Position numbers and translations under genes: made by a program. This document shows positions 20,001 to 29,061 of a DNA stretch of 55,059 nucleotides, one piece after another. This stretch comes from a virus. Taxonomy: Duplodnaviria > Caudoviricetes. How positions within the stretch are numbered: position 1 is the first letter of the stretch; every line of letters begins with the position of its first letter. Below the pieces are notes generated by a model. The model made no database searches. It was not told the DNA's origin and was given only the letters and a program-made list of their open reading frames with translations. The stretch lies in the IMG/VR virus record IMGVR_UViG_3300032322_000635, positions 1 through 55,059 of that record. One strand, 5' to 3'.

Positions 20001-21446
20001 GGTACTGGAGCAACTACATTAACTGGCTATGTTAAAGGAAGCGGAACATCAGCATTAACAGCTTCAGCAACAATACCTACTACAGACTTGTCAGGAACAG
20101 TTAGTAATGCCCAATTAACTAATAGCTCAATTACCATTAATGGTAGCTCTATAAGCTTGGGTGGATCAGCCACAGTTACTGCAGTAAACCCAAATGCATT
20201 AACTATTGGAACTGGGTTATCAGGCGCATCCTATAATGGATCAGCTGCTATTACAATTGCTATTGACAGCACAGTTGCAACACTTACTGGAATCCAAACT
20301 TTAACTAATAAATCAATAAGTGGGTCAACAAACACATTATCAAATATTGCAAATGCATCGCTTACCAATAGCTCTATTACTATTAACGGCAATTCTGTAA
20401 GCTTAGGTGGGTCTACTACAGTTACTGCAACTGCAACCAATGCATTAACTATTGGAACTGGATTAACGGGAACTTCTTACAACGGATCAAGTGCTGTTAC
20501 GATTGCTATTGATAGTACAGTTGCAACCCTTACTGGTATTCAGACGCTGACTAACAAATCAATTAGTGGGTCAACTAACACGTTAAGTAATATTGGAAAT
20601 TCATCACTTACAAATAGTGCAATAACCGTTAATGGTAATTCAGTTTCGCTAGGTGGATCAACTACAGTAACTGCAAATACTACAAACGCAGTTACATTTA
20701 ACAATGGTGGATCAGGCGATGCGTCAGGCACTACGTTTAATGGCTCAGCCGCTAGAACAATTTCCTACAATACTTTAGGCGCTCCAAAGGCCGATGGTAC
20801 TGGTGCTAGTGGAACTTGGGGGATTAGCATATCTGGCAGTGCAGCTACTGCAACATCAGCCACAACAGCCACTTCCGCTACAACTGCTACTAATTTAGCT
20901 GGCGGCGCCGCTAATTCAATACCATATCAAACAGGTTCTGGCACTACATCATTTATCGGAATTGGATCAAATAGCCAAGTTTTAACTGTAGTTGCAGGCG
21001 TTCCAACATGGGCTGCACCAGGAGCTGTTACAGCTGTAACTTCATTTAGCGCTGATGCAACTGGATTTACACCTAACACACCTACTACAGGAGCTATCAC
21101 TCTCGGAGGTACATTAAATGTAACTCATGGCGGTACTGGAACCACAAGTATTACTGGCATCATTTATGGTAACGGAACATCAGCATTTACAGCTGCAACC
21201 GCATCCGATGTAGTGACATTAATAGGTACTACAGCCGTTACAAACGCTACTAACGCTACTAACGCAACAAACACAACTAATACAGGTATCACTAACGATA
21301 CCTCAACAAACGCGACAGTTTACCCAACTTGGGTAACTGCTAATACTGGTAACTTACCGCAAAGAGTTACCTCAACAAAATTGACTTTTAACCCGTCCAC
21401 TGGTGTGTTAACATCAACTGGCGGTATCTCTGGAGGAAGTTTCTAA
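17088..21446 (+). CDS. Long repetitive tail fibre/adhesin
   Basis: 1452 aa, Thr/Ser/Gly/Asn-rich; nine ~82-aa repeats (LTIGTGL...QTLTNKSISG...SVSLGG); central ATKQYVD...IDGVTL...DRVL...QNGVY fibre domain. Confidence 0.8.
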   Translation: MANVQITQLPNANPLVGNEQVPIVQSGITVKTTTGAIAAASGPLLNAEFILVNSDPLLPNSRYLSTVLPIDSVDNGAGSNIVISLRNSNVTPGSYTNANITVNSKGLITAASNGTGPTGTVSQINTGTGLTGGPITTTGTISIDPTVTATLTDIQTLTNKTISGTNNTLTNIGNASLTNNSVTYNGVTVALGSSGTISAASPFSLSTGTGLTGGPYDGSSAVTITIDSTVATITGAQSFTNKTINASLNTLTSIPNASLDNSTITINSSPVSLGGTITVTATVTNPLTIGTGLSGTSFDGSSPVTIAIDSTVVTLTDNQTLTNKSISGATNTLSAIPNVALDNSSITINGSPVSLGGSITVTASISTLTIGTGLTGTSYNGTAPVTIAIDTTVVATTNNSLTLTNKSISGSTNTLSNIANSSLTNSSVTFNGSTVSLGGSATITAANPNALTIGTGLTGSSYNGSSAVTIAIDNTVVATTNNSLTFTNKSISGATNTLSNIGNSSLTNSSVTINGSSVSLGGSTTVTATATNALTIGTGLSGTSYNGSSAVTIAINSTVATLTGTQTLTNKTLTTPVISSITNTGTITLPTSTTTLVGRDTTDTLTNKSISGSTNTLTNIGNGSLTNSSVTFNGTTVSLGSSGTITAANPNALTIGTGLTGTSYTGASSVTIAIDSTVATLTGAQTLTNKSISGSTNTLSNIGNASLTNSSVTIGSTSVALGATTSTLSGLTTVTVTQDPTTALQLATKQYVDGLVASGIHFHEPVRVESPINLNATYNQPGGAGNGVGATLTNAGTQAALVIDGVTLSVNDRVLIYLQTTQTQNGVYVVTSVGSASTNWILTRSADTDTYGLTSSTTLGEGSTFFVQQGATGAGTSYTCNTSGVITFGTTNITFAEISSTQIYSAGTGLTLTGTQFSITNTSVTAATYGSASSVPVIAVNAQGQITSATNTSIAIAANQITSGTISVSQGGTGATTLTGYVKGSGTSALTASATIPTTDLSGTVSNAQLTNSSITINGSSISLGGSATVTAVNPNALTIGTGLSGASYNGSAAITIAIDSTVATLTGIQTLTNKSISGSTNTLSNIANASLTNSSITINGNSVSLGGSTTVTATATNALTIGTGLTGTSYNGSSAVTIAIDSTVATLTGIQTLTNKSISGSTNTLSNIGNSSLTNSAITVNGNSVSLGGSTTVTANTTNAVTFNNGGSGDASGTTFNGSAARTISYNTLGAPKADGTGASGTWGISISGSAATATSATTATSATTATNLAGGAANSIPYQTGSGTTSFIGIGSNSQVLTVVAGVPTWAAPGAVTAVTSFSADATGFTPNTPTTGAITLGGTLNVTHGGTGTTSITGIIYGNGTSAFTAATASDVVTLIGTTAVTNATNATNATNTTNTGITNDTSTNATVYPTWVTANTGNLPQRVTSTKLTFNPSTGVLTSTGGISGGSF

Positions 21447-21447
21447 A

Positions 21448-22350
21448 ATGGCACAAGCAGGCTTTACGCCCATACAATTATATTTCAGCACCACTTCTAC
21501 AAATACGCCTACTGCAGGTAATTTAGTAAATGGTGAATTAGCTATCAACATACCTGACGGTAAACTATTCTATAACGATGGTGGTACTGTTAAGCTTCTT
21601 GCCTCAAACGCAAGCTCAACAGGCACAGTTCAATCAGTCTCGGTTGTTTCAGCTAATGGATTTGCAGGCACAGTTGCTACCTCCACAACAACGCCAGCAA
21701 TTACATTAACAACAACAATTACAGGAATTTTAAAAGGCAACGGTACAGCTATTTCCGCTGCAGTTTCAGGTACCGACTATGCGCCAGCCACATCAGGCAC
21801 ATCAATTCTTTATGGTAACGGTTCTGGTGGCTTTAGTAATGTAACTGTAAGCACAGGCTTATCATTTACTACAGGCACACTTACTAACAGTTCACCAATG
21901 ACCTATCCATCTGGATCAGGTATTGCAGTCGTATCATCAGGAACTTCATGGGGAACTACACTAACCGCGCCTTCTGGTGCAATTGTAGGTACCACAGATA
22001 CTCAGACATTAACTAACAAACGTATCACCGCAAGATCACTTGCAGCAGCTTCAGCTACTGGCACATTGACACCCGACTCAGATTTATACGATCAAGTTAA
22101 CTATTTACTTACTGGCACAGTAGCGTTTGCAGTACCAAGTGGTACACCGACAAACGGACAAAAACTATCAATTCGTTTATATGCAGCATCAACACAAACC
22201 GTATCATGGACGACAACAGCTGGAGGTTATAGAGTTATCGGCACAACACTTCCATTATCAGTTGCATCAACAAAAACTGTGTATGTTGGCTGTGTATACA
22301 ATTCAACTGACTCATTCTGGGATGTTGTTGCAGTAGCAACAGAAGCATAA
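21448..22350 (+). CDS. Tail fibre component with Mtd-N-like N-terminus
   Basis: IQL...GELAINIPDGKLFY N-terminal motif; QTLTNK repeat; C-terminal YNSTDSFWDVVA. Confidence 0.6.
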   Translation: MAQAGFTPIQLYFSTTSTNTPTAGNLVNGELAINIPDGKLFYNDGGTVKLLASNASSTGTVQSVSVVSANGFAGTVATSTTTPAITLTTTITGILKGNGTAISAAVSGTDYAPATSGTSILYGNGSGGFSNVTVSTGLSFTTGTLTNSSPMTYPSGSGIAVVSSGTSWGTTLTAPSGAIVGTTDTQTLTNKRITARSLAAASATGTLTPDSDLYDQVNYLLTGTVAFAVPSGTPTNGQKLSIRLYAASTQTVSWTTTAGGYRVIGTTLPLSVASTKTVYVGCVYNSTDSFWDVVAVATEA

Positions 22351-22353
22351 TAA

Positions 22354-25300
22354 ATGGCAATAGCATTCGTAGCCGCTAGTGCAGCCGCAACTGGATCAAA
22401 CCCATTAATAACAATACCTGCTGGGTTTGCTGAAGGTAACTTATTAGTTCTTGTATCAACAGGCACTGCCACATCTCCTACACCTACTGGATGGACACTA
22501 AGATACGCTCAAGGTGCTGGGCGATTTATTACTATTTTTACTAGATACGCAGGGTCTCAAGACACAACAGTAACTCTTAGTGGGCTAGGAACCTCAGGAA
22601 AATCAGCCGTGCTTTGTTATAGTGGCGCTGGTAGTTATGATGTTGTAGGTACAGTTGCAACTGGATCGTCTACATCAGCCGCTACAACTTCACAAACCAC
22701 AACTTACAATAATGATTTTGTTATAAGTATTTTTGCAAGGGCTTCTGGCGCTAATTCTACGTTCACTGTGCCAGCAAGTACCACATCAAGAGTTAACTCT
22801 GGCTCAAACCCTCTTATTAACGGGCTTTTATTAGTTGACGAATTACAAGCCACAGCTGGAGCAACCGCTGTAAGAACAAGCACATTAAGTGCGTCTGGTA
22901 ATTGGGCAGCTATTAACATATCGTTTGTACCAACTCGTACACTTTATTGGGTAGGTGGTACAGGTACTTGGAATACAACAACAACAGGTAATTGGGCAAA
23001 CACGTCAGGTGGCACTCCTGGAACTATTAAACCTCCAGTACAAAATGAAATTGTTAACATTGATACATCGTCTGGTACAGGCACTATCACGTGTACAGGA
23101 GGTGTTTGTGGAGACTTATCTGTTACTGCGTCTCAAGCTATTGTATTAGGTGCTGCAGCATCTACATTATCTGTATTTGGTAATTTAACGTTTCCATCTG
23201 GCGGATCATTTAGTGCGTCAACTAATGCATGGACCATCACTATGGCTGCAACATCAGCCAAGACTATTACAACCAATGGAAAATCTTTCGTAGGATTAAC
23301 ATTTGATGGCGTGACTGGAAACTGGACATTACCTAGTGCTATTACAGCAAGTGGGGTTGTAGCCTTAACTAACGGAACTATAACACTTAGCACTAATACT
23401 ACAACATTCACATGTCTTACGTTCAATTCTGCTAATTCTAATACCCGTGCCATAGCTTTTGGTACAGGCCAAATAATTTTAACTGGAAACAATGCTACAG
23501 TTTGGAATAATGCAACATCCACAAATTTCACTACTACTGGTACCTTTAAAATAGTTTCAACACCAACTACTTATTCAGGCACAAGAACATTTGCATTAAG
23601 CACATCATCGGCATTACACACCATTGGTCCAGGATCTGGAAATCAAATATCTTTTGGTAATACTGGAGGAGATTCTGTAGCTATTAGTGGTGTGGTAACA
23701 GCTCTTGACTTTACAGGATATTTAGGAACATGGGCTCAAGGTACTAATACATTATCTATCACTACAGGTAACTTAACACTATCCGCTGGTATGACGTGTA
23801 CAGCAAGTACAGGAGTTATATCATTTACTGCAACCTCTGGCACACAAATAGTTACATCAGCTGGAAAAAGTATAAACTCAGTAACTAAAGTTGGAGTTGG
23901 AGGCACTCTTAGATTAGCTGATAACCTGACGATTCCCAGTGGACCATTTACACTAACATCGGGTGCATTAGATTTAGGTACCAACAATAGAACACTATCA
24001 TGTCAATCATTCGCTTCTGCTAATTCTAATACACGCTCCATAGCTTTTGGTACAAGCGGAAATATCACAACTACACTTTCAGGTGGTGGAACAGTTTGGT
24101 CTACAGCAACTACAACTGGCCTTACTAACTCTGGAACTCCTACTGTTAACATATCTTGTAACTCTTCTTCTACCATAGAAGTAAGCGCTCCATTAGCAAC
24201 CGTAACTGGTGGAAACTTTAACTTTAATTTCACCACAGGTACTTATACATTAACAATACCTACCTCTACTTTTCTTGGAAGTTTAAATTTTACAGGCTTT
24301 GCAGGTACTTGGGCGCCTGGTGCTAATACATATAGCATTAGTGGATCTGTATTTACTTTATCTAGTGGAATGACGTTTACTACAAATACAGGTTTGTTTA
24401 CATTTAACCGTGGTGCCACAGTAACCATTAATTTAGGCGGCAAAACAATTGGCCCAACATCATTTAGTGGTGGTACAAATATTACACTTGCAGGCAACTT
24501 TACTTCAAACAGCACAATGTTTATTGATTCTAATTGTGCAATTAACCTTGCTGGGTTTACAACATCTGGCATTACTGCTATTACTACTAGCAGTGCAAGC
24601 GGAAGTCCAGGAATTTCTATTTCTAATGGTGTTTTAAACTGTGCTTCTTACAATCAATCATTTAATGCAGATCTAACTATCAACGCAAATTCAGCTATCG
24701 TTACAACTGGCAATTTTACATATAATGGTGCAACAACATCAATTTTGTCTATTGCAGCCACTGGAGCATACATTACATGTGGCGGACTGTTCACTTTGAC
24801 AAGAGGTACATTAAATTTAGGCAACAATACATTAACAACTAGTACGTTTGCATCTAGCAATGGCAATACAAGATCTATAACATTTGGCTCTGGAAGCATT
24901 ACTACCACATCTACTGGAGGTGGTACTGTGTTTAATATGGCAAATTCTAATGCATTTACTTATACTAACCCGCCAATAATTAATATCTCTGGTGGTGGAA
25001 CCGTTAATTTGGGATCATCTAATGCATTTACAGAATCTAATGCGCTTTCATTTAATATCTCTGGTGGAACAGCTTTTAATGTCATTACACCTAGCCAAGT
25101 TAAATCATTAGTTTTTACAGGCTTTACAAGCAATTGGAGTCCTGGTATTGATGCTTTAACATTTTATGGTAATTTAACTCTTGAATCTGGGATGGTATTT
25201 AATACTGGGTCTACTGCGTGGAATTTTTCTGCTACATCTGGCACACAGATAATAACATCAGCTGGGAAGTCTTTATTTTCAATTACTCAAAACGGTGTAG

Positions 25301-25977
25301 GTGGAACTGTGTCTTTAGGTGATGCACTTACATTAACCAGTACCTACACATTGACTAACGGGACATTTAATGCAAACAATCAAAATGTTACTGTAGGAAC
25401 CTTTTCTAGCAATAATAGTAATACCAGAACAATTACTATGGGTTCTGGTACCTGGACACTTACTATTGCAGGAACTATTTGGAACTTAGCCACTACAACA
25501 GGACTTACATTCAATAAAGATACAGCTAACATTGTGACATCCAGCGTCTCAACAAATGCTAGAACATTTGCAGGTGGCGGCCTTACTTACAATAATTTAA
25601 CTATAGGTGGAGCTACAGGAACATCTACATTCACGTTTACAGGTGCTAATACCTTTGCCACATTAGCAAGCACAAAAACAGTTGCTCACACTATTGTATT
25701 TCCTAATGTTACAACAACAGTAAGTGATTGGACTATTACAGGAACGGCAGGCAATGTTGTTACGCTTACCAGAACAGGAGCTTCTGGCACATTTACTCTT
25801 GCTAAAACAGGCGGCGGTATAATATCAGGAATAAATTATTTAAGTATTAGCAATTCTACTGCTTCTCCTGCAGATACTTGGTATGCAGGCGCAAACTCTA
25901 CTAATGGTGGAGGCAATACTGGATGGATATTTGCAAATTTTGGTGTGACTACTGGTAACTACTTTTTATTATTTTAG
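22354..25977 (+). CDS. Large beta-helix-type receptor-binding/fibre protein
   Basis: YWVGGTGTW motif; repeated FASSNSNTRSI.FG and TSGTQI.TSAGKS units; terminal GGNTGWIF. Confidence 0.7.
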   Translation: MAIAFVAASAAATGSNPLITIPAGFAEGNLLVLVSTGTATSPTPTGWTLRYAQGAGRFITIFTRYAGSQDTTVTLSGLGTSGKSAVLCYSGAGSYDVVGTVATGSSTSAATTSQTTTYNNDFVISIFARASGANSTFTVPASTTSRVNSGSNPLINGLLLVDELQATAGATAVRTSTLSASGNWAAINISFVPTRTLYWVGGTGTWNTTTTGNWANTSGGTPGTIKPPVQNEIVNIDTSSGTGTITCTGGVCGDLSVTASQAIVLGAAASTLSVFGNLTFPSGGSFSASTNAWTITMAATSAKTITTNGKSFVGLTFDGVTGNWTLPSAITASGVVALTNGTITLSTNTTTFTCLTFNSANSNTRAIAFGTGQIILTGNNATVWNNATSTNFTTTGTFKIVSTPTTYSGTRTFALSTSSALHTIGPGSGNQISFGNTGGDSVAISGVVTALDFTGYLGTWAQGTNTLSITTGNLTLSAGMTCTASTGVISFTATSGTQIVTSAGKSINSVTKVGVGGTLRLADNLTIPSGPFTLTSGALDLGTNNRTLSCQSFASANSNTRSIAFGTSGNITTTLSGGGTVWSTATTTGLTNSGTPTVNISCNSSSTIEVSAPLATVTGGNFNFNFTTGTYTLTIPTSTFLGSLNFTGFAGTWAPGANTYSISGSVFTLSSGMTFTTNTGLFTFNRGATVTINLGGKTIGPTSFSGGTNITLAGNFTSNSTMFIDSNCAINLAGFTTSGITAITTSSASGSPGISISNGVLNCASYNQSFNADLTINANSAIVTTGNFTYNGATTSILSIAATGAYITCGGLFTLTRGTLNLGNNTLTTSTFASSNGNTRSITFGSGSITTTSTGGGTVFNMANSNAFTYTNPPIINISGGGTVNLGSSNAFTESNALSFNISGGTAFNVITPSQVKSLVFTGFTSNWSPGIDALTFYGNLTLESGMVFNTGSTAWNFSATSGTQIITSAGKSLFSITQNGVGGTVSLGDALTLTSTYTLTNGTFNANNQNVTVGTFSSNNSNTRTITMGSGTWTLTIAGTIWNLATTTGLTFNKDTANIVTSSVSTNARTFAGGGLTYNNLTIGGATGTSTFTFTGANTFATLASTKTVAHTIVFPNVTTTVSDWTITGTAGNVVTLTRTGASGTFTLAKTGGGIISGINYLSISNSTASPADTWYAGANSTNGGGNTGWIFANFGVTTGNYFLLF

Positions 25978-26063
25978 GAATAGAATGAAGTTATTTTTTA
26001 CTAAAGTAATTCAAAAAGTTAAGTTATACTTGGATTACTTTTTTTAATAAACAGGAGCCTTTT

Positions 26064-26228
26064 ATGGACAAAAAACTTGAATTATCACTTGACTTAGCAA
26101 ACAAAATTACAGGGTATTTAGGTACCAGACCTTACCAAGAAGTTTTTTATTTAATTACAGCTCTACAAGAGGCAGCTAAAGAACAAGGTTTAGTAGCTCC
26201 AGAGGAAGAGCATAAATCGGAAGAATAA
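26064..26228 (+). CDS. Small hypothetical protein (54 aa, MDKKLELSLDL...GYLGTRPYQEV...)
   Basis: Manual translation; AGGAG RBS. Confidence 0.65.
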   Translation: MDKKLELSLDLANKITGYLGTRPYQEVFYLITALQEAAKEQGLVAPEEEHKSEE

Positions 26229-26231
26229 AGC

Positions 26232-26399
26232 ATGGTTACACCAAAAGTAGATGACATAGATCATCGTTTAAGTACACATGAAGAAGTTTGTGCATTACGT
26301 TACGAGGCAATTAATGCCCGCCTTAAAAGATTAGAAGGTATTTTAATGGCAAGTGCTGGTGCAATTATCATTTTATTATTAAGCATTGTGTTGAAATAA
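26232..26399 (+). CDS. Small coiled-coil protein with C-terminal TM helix (XhlA/holin-like lysis accessory)
   Basis: Manual translation ...HEEVCALRYEAINARLKRLEGILMASAGAIIILLLSIVLK; directly upstream of holin and endolysin. Confidence 0.65.
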   Translation: MVTPKVDDIDHRLSTHEEVCALRYEAINARLKRLEGILMASAGAIIILLLSIVLK

Positions 26400-26400
26400 T

Positions 26401-26766
26401 ATGGATCCAGTAACGATATTAGCTGCTTTAGGACCTTTAGCTGTTGACTTGGGTAAGTCATTAATTAATAGGTTTGTAGCGCCTGATCAATTCAAGCCAG
26501 CTACGATAGAGCAATATGCTCAAATGAAACAGATTGACTTAGAGTTTTTCAAAGTCATGAATGAAGCTGGTGGCGGTAATCCATCTTATCCGTGGGTAGA
26601 AGCTATTGTAAGGCTTATGCGACCAGCTATAGGCTTATTAGTTTTATCTACATGGGTCATTATGCACTTACAAGGTATTGCAACACCTGAGGTAGATAAC
26701 TTTGCAAGCGCTGTAGGATTCTATTTATTTGGTGAACGTAGTTTATTTTATGTTAAGAAAAAATGA
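26401..26766 (+). CDS. Probable holin (3TM-holin-like)
   Basis: Hydrophobic segments, MRPAIG and FYLFGERS motifs, basic C-terminus; adjacent to endolysin. Confidence 0.7.
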   Translation: MDPVTILAALGPLAVDLGKSLINRFVAPDQFKPATIEQYAQMKQIDLEFFKVMNEAGGGNPSYPWVEAIVRLMRPAIGLLVLSTWVIMHLQGIATPEVDNFASAVGFYLFGERSLFYVKKK

Positions 26767-27197
26767 AATTAAGCCCAAACTTTACTTTAGAGGAGTTAAT
26801 ACATAGTGAAATTGCAGAACGCAAAGGATTGGATAACACACCAAACGAAGAAGTTAAAGCAAACCTTGTTAGGTTGGCTCGCTTCCTTGAAGAAGTAAGA
26901 AAATTATTAGGAAGACCTATTTTAGTTAATTCTGCATATAGGTCTTTAAAAGTTAATGAAGCTGTAGGCGGTAAACCTACATCACAACATGTATTAGGAT
27001 GCGCCGCAGATATTAGAGTGCCTGGCATGACACCTAATGATGTAGTAAAAGAAATTTTAAAAAGCAATATTGAGTATGATCAAGTAATCAGAGAATTTGA
27101 TTCTTGGACACATATTTCAATACCAAAGAATTTTGCAGATAAGCCAAGAAAAATGGCTTTAATTATCGATAAATCTGGAACGAGGAATTTTGTATGA
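26763..27197 (+). CDS. Endolysin, peptidase M15 family
   Basis: LSPNFTLEE, SAYRS, SQHVLGCAAD and WTHIS Zn-binding motifs. Confidence 0.9.
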   Translation: MKLSPNFTLEELIHSEIAERKGLDNTPNEEVKANLVRLARFLEEVRKLLGRPILVNSAYRSLKVNEAVGGKPTSQHVLGCAADIRVPGMTPNDVVKEILKSNIEYDQVIREFDSWTHISIPKNFADKPRKMALIIDKSGTRNFV

Positions 27198-27829
27198 CAG
27201 TCGCAGCAGTAATGACATATGACAGTTTAGTTGAAAATATTCAGTCATACTTGGAACGTACAGACACAGCTACATTAGATAAGATACCTCTTTTCATTAT
27301 GTTGGCTGAGCAAGTGATTGCTTCAGAGATTAAGTTCTTAGGCAACTTAACAGTTGTTGAAGCAAACATGACTGCTAGTAACCCTATCATTAATAAGCCA
27401 GTTCGTTGGCATAAAACGGTATCTATGAACGTTACTGTAGACGGCGTAAAACAACCAGTGCTACTTCGTAAATATGAATACTTAAGAGAGTATTGGCCTG
27501 ATCAATCACAAACAGACGTACCTAAATTCTACTGTGATTACGATTATGAAAACTGGTTAGTAGCTCCTACACCAACAAGTAATTATGATTTTGAAGTATT
27601 GTATTACGAACGTGTACAGCCATTAGACTCATCTAATCAAACTAATTGGTTTACTCAATACGCTCCACAAGCGTTGCTTTATGGTTGCTTATTACAAGCA
27701 ATGCCATTCCTTAAAAACGATGAGCGTACACCTATTTGGCAAGCACAGTATCAAGCCATTATGCAAACACTGAAAGCCGAAGATGTTCAACGTATCGGTG
27801 ATCGTCAAGCTACTGTATTGGATAGTTAA
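27194..27829 (+). CDS. Tail adaptor/tubular protein A-like
   Basis: FIMLAE, VAPTP, TNWFTQYAPQALLYGCL motifs; position at the start of the tail module. Confidence 0.65.
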   Translation: MTVAAVMTYDSLVENIQSYLERTDTATLDKIPLFIMLAEQVIASEIKFLGNLTVVEANMTASNPIINKPVRWHKTVSMNVTVDGVKQPVLLRKYEYLREYWPDQSQTDVPKFYCDYDYENWLVAPTPTSNYDFEVLYYERVQPLDSSNQTNWFTQYAPQALLYGCLLQAMPFLKNDERTPIWQAQYQAIMQTLKAEDVQRIGDRQATVLDS

Positions 27830-29061
27830 TGACTTCATACATCTCACCATTTACTGGAGACGTAATACAGGCCACTGACGTAAGCTACGCGTCTTATACG
27901 CTTACAGTTAATCTTCAGCTTGACTGGCCTTCAAATACTATACCCCCAGAGAGTCCAGCGGCACGTATTATGGACATTACACCAGGAGCTGGCTATTTGG
28001 CTATGCCTCCTGCAAACCAAGTATCCGTAGGTCAAGATGCTTTAATTCGTAACTTAGGTGGAACATCATTTACCGTTAGAAACTTTACTGGCGGAACTAT
28101 TGCTTCTGTTCCTGCAGGAAAATCAGTTTATATTTATGTTACCGACAATAGCACTACAACTGGAACTTGGGGAGTTATTGATTTTGGTGCTGGCACATCA
28201 GGTGGAACTGCATCAGAACTTGCAGGCTTAGGTTTACTTGCAATATCTCAAACGCTTAACCAAGCACATCCAGTGGAAACATTTCTTACTGGATACACAT
28301 TTGTAGCCGCAGATCGCGCGCAAAATAAACTATGGGAAGGTGGAGCTGGCACAGTCAACTTACCTCTTGCATCTACATTAGGTGATAACTGGTTTACTAT
28401 TTTAAAAAATAACGGTACTGGTACATTAACAATAGCCGTAGCATCGCCAGACACAATTGACTTGCAAGTTACTAAAACAGTTAACCCTGACGAGTCAGCA
28501 TTTATTATGTGCGATGGCACACAGTACTTTACTGTAGGTTACGGACAGAGTCCTAATTTCTTATTTACAGCGCTTGTTAAATCAGTATCAACTGGCACTG
28601 TTACATTAACAACTCAAGAAGCTACATCTACTATTCAAGAATATGTCGGCAATCTTACAGGCAACGTTACCGTTGTGTATCCTCCCGTAGTGGCGTTTTA
28701 TGTTATTAGTAATCAAACTACAGACAACGGGTTTGCTTTAACTGTTACGACAGCCACTCCTGGGGGAGCTACAGTACTTATCCCAGTAGGGCAGCAAGCA
28801 TCAGTTATTACTGATGGCGTTAATTTTTATAACGCTAACACAGTGCAAGCTGGCGGATCAACATCTCAACTTTTAAACGGAAGTGTTGGTGCTCCATCTT
28901 TAAATTTTGTTAGCGAGCCATCAACTGGTATGTATAGGCCAGGCGCAACTAACATTGGATTTACAGTTGTTGGAACTCAAAGATTAAATATTAATGCAAG
29001 CGGTGTTCAAGTGACTGGGTCAGGTAACTTTACTGGTGGTATTGCAGGCGGTACTTACTAA
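27829..29061 (+). CDS. Tail structural protein
   Basis: Beta-rich; GSVGAPSLNF...TGMYRPG fibre-type motif; C-terminal GGIAGGTY. Confidence 0.6.
   Translation: MTSYISPFTGDVIQATDVSYASYTLTVNLQLDWPSNTIPPESPAARIMDITPGAGYLAMPPANQVSVGQDALIRNLGGTSFTVRNFTGGTIASVPAGKSVYIYVTDNSTTTGTWGVIDFGAGTSGGTASELAGLGLLAISQTLNQAHPVETFLTGYTFVAADRAQNKLWEGGAGTVNLPLASTLGDNWFTILKNNGTGTLTIAVASPDTIDLQVTKTVNPDESAFIMCDGTQYFTVGYGQSPNFLFTALVKSVSTGTVTLTTQEATSTIQEYVGNLTGNVTVVYPPVVAFYVISNQTTDNGFALTVTTATPGGATVLIPVGQQASVITDGVNFYNANTVQAGGSTSQLLNGSVGAPSLNFVSEPSTGMYRPGATNIGFTVVGTQRLNINASGVQVTGSGNFTGGIAGGTY

Noticed and set aside
17458-20700. Regularly spaced repeats as a CRISPR array or DGR template/variable pair
   Set aside because: Repeats are in-frame coding units with synonymous variation; there are no unique spacers, cas genes or reverse transcriptase
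17063-24908. Many minus-strand Val/Pro/Leu-rich ORFs opposite the fibre genes
   Set aside because: They are antisense shadows of Thr/Gly/Asn-rich codons, with no RBS or operon context
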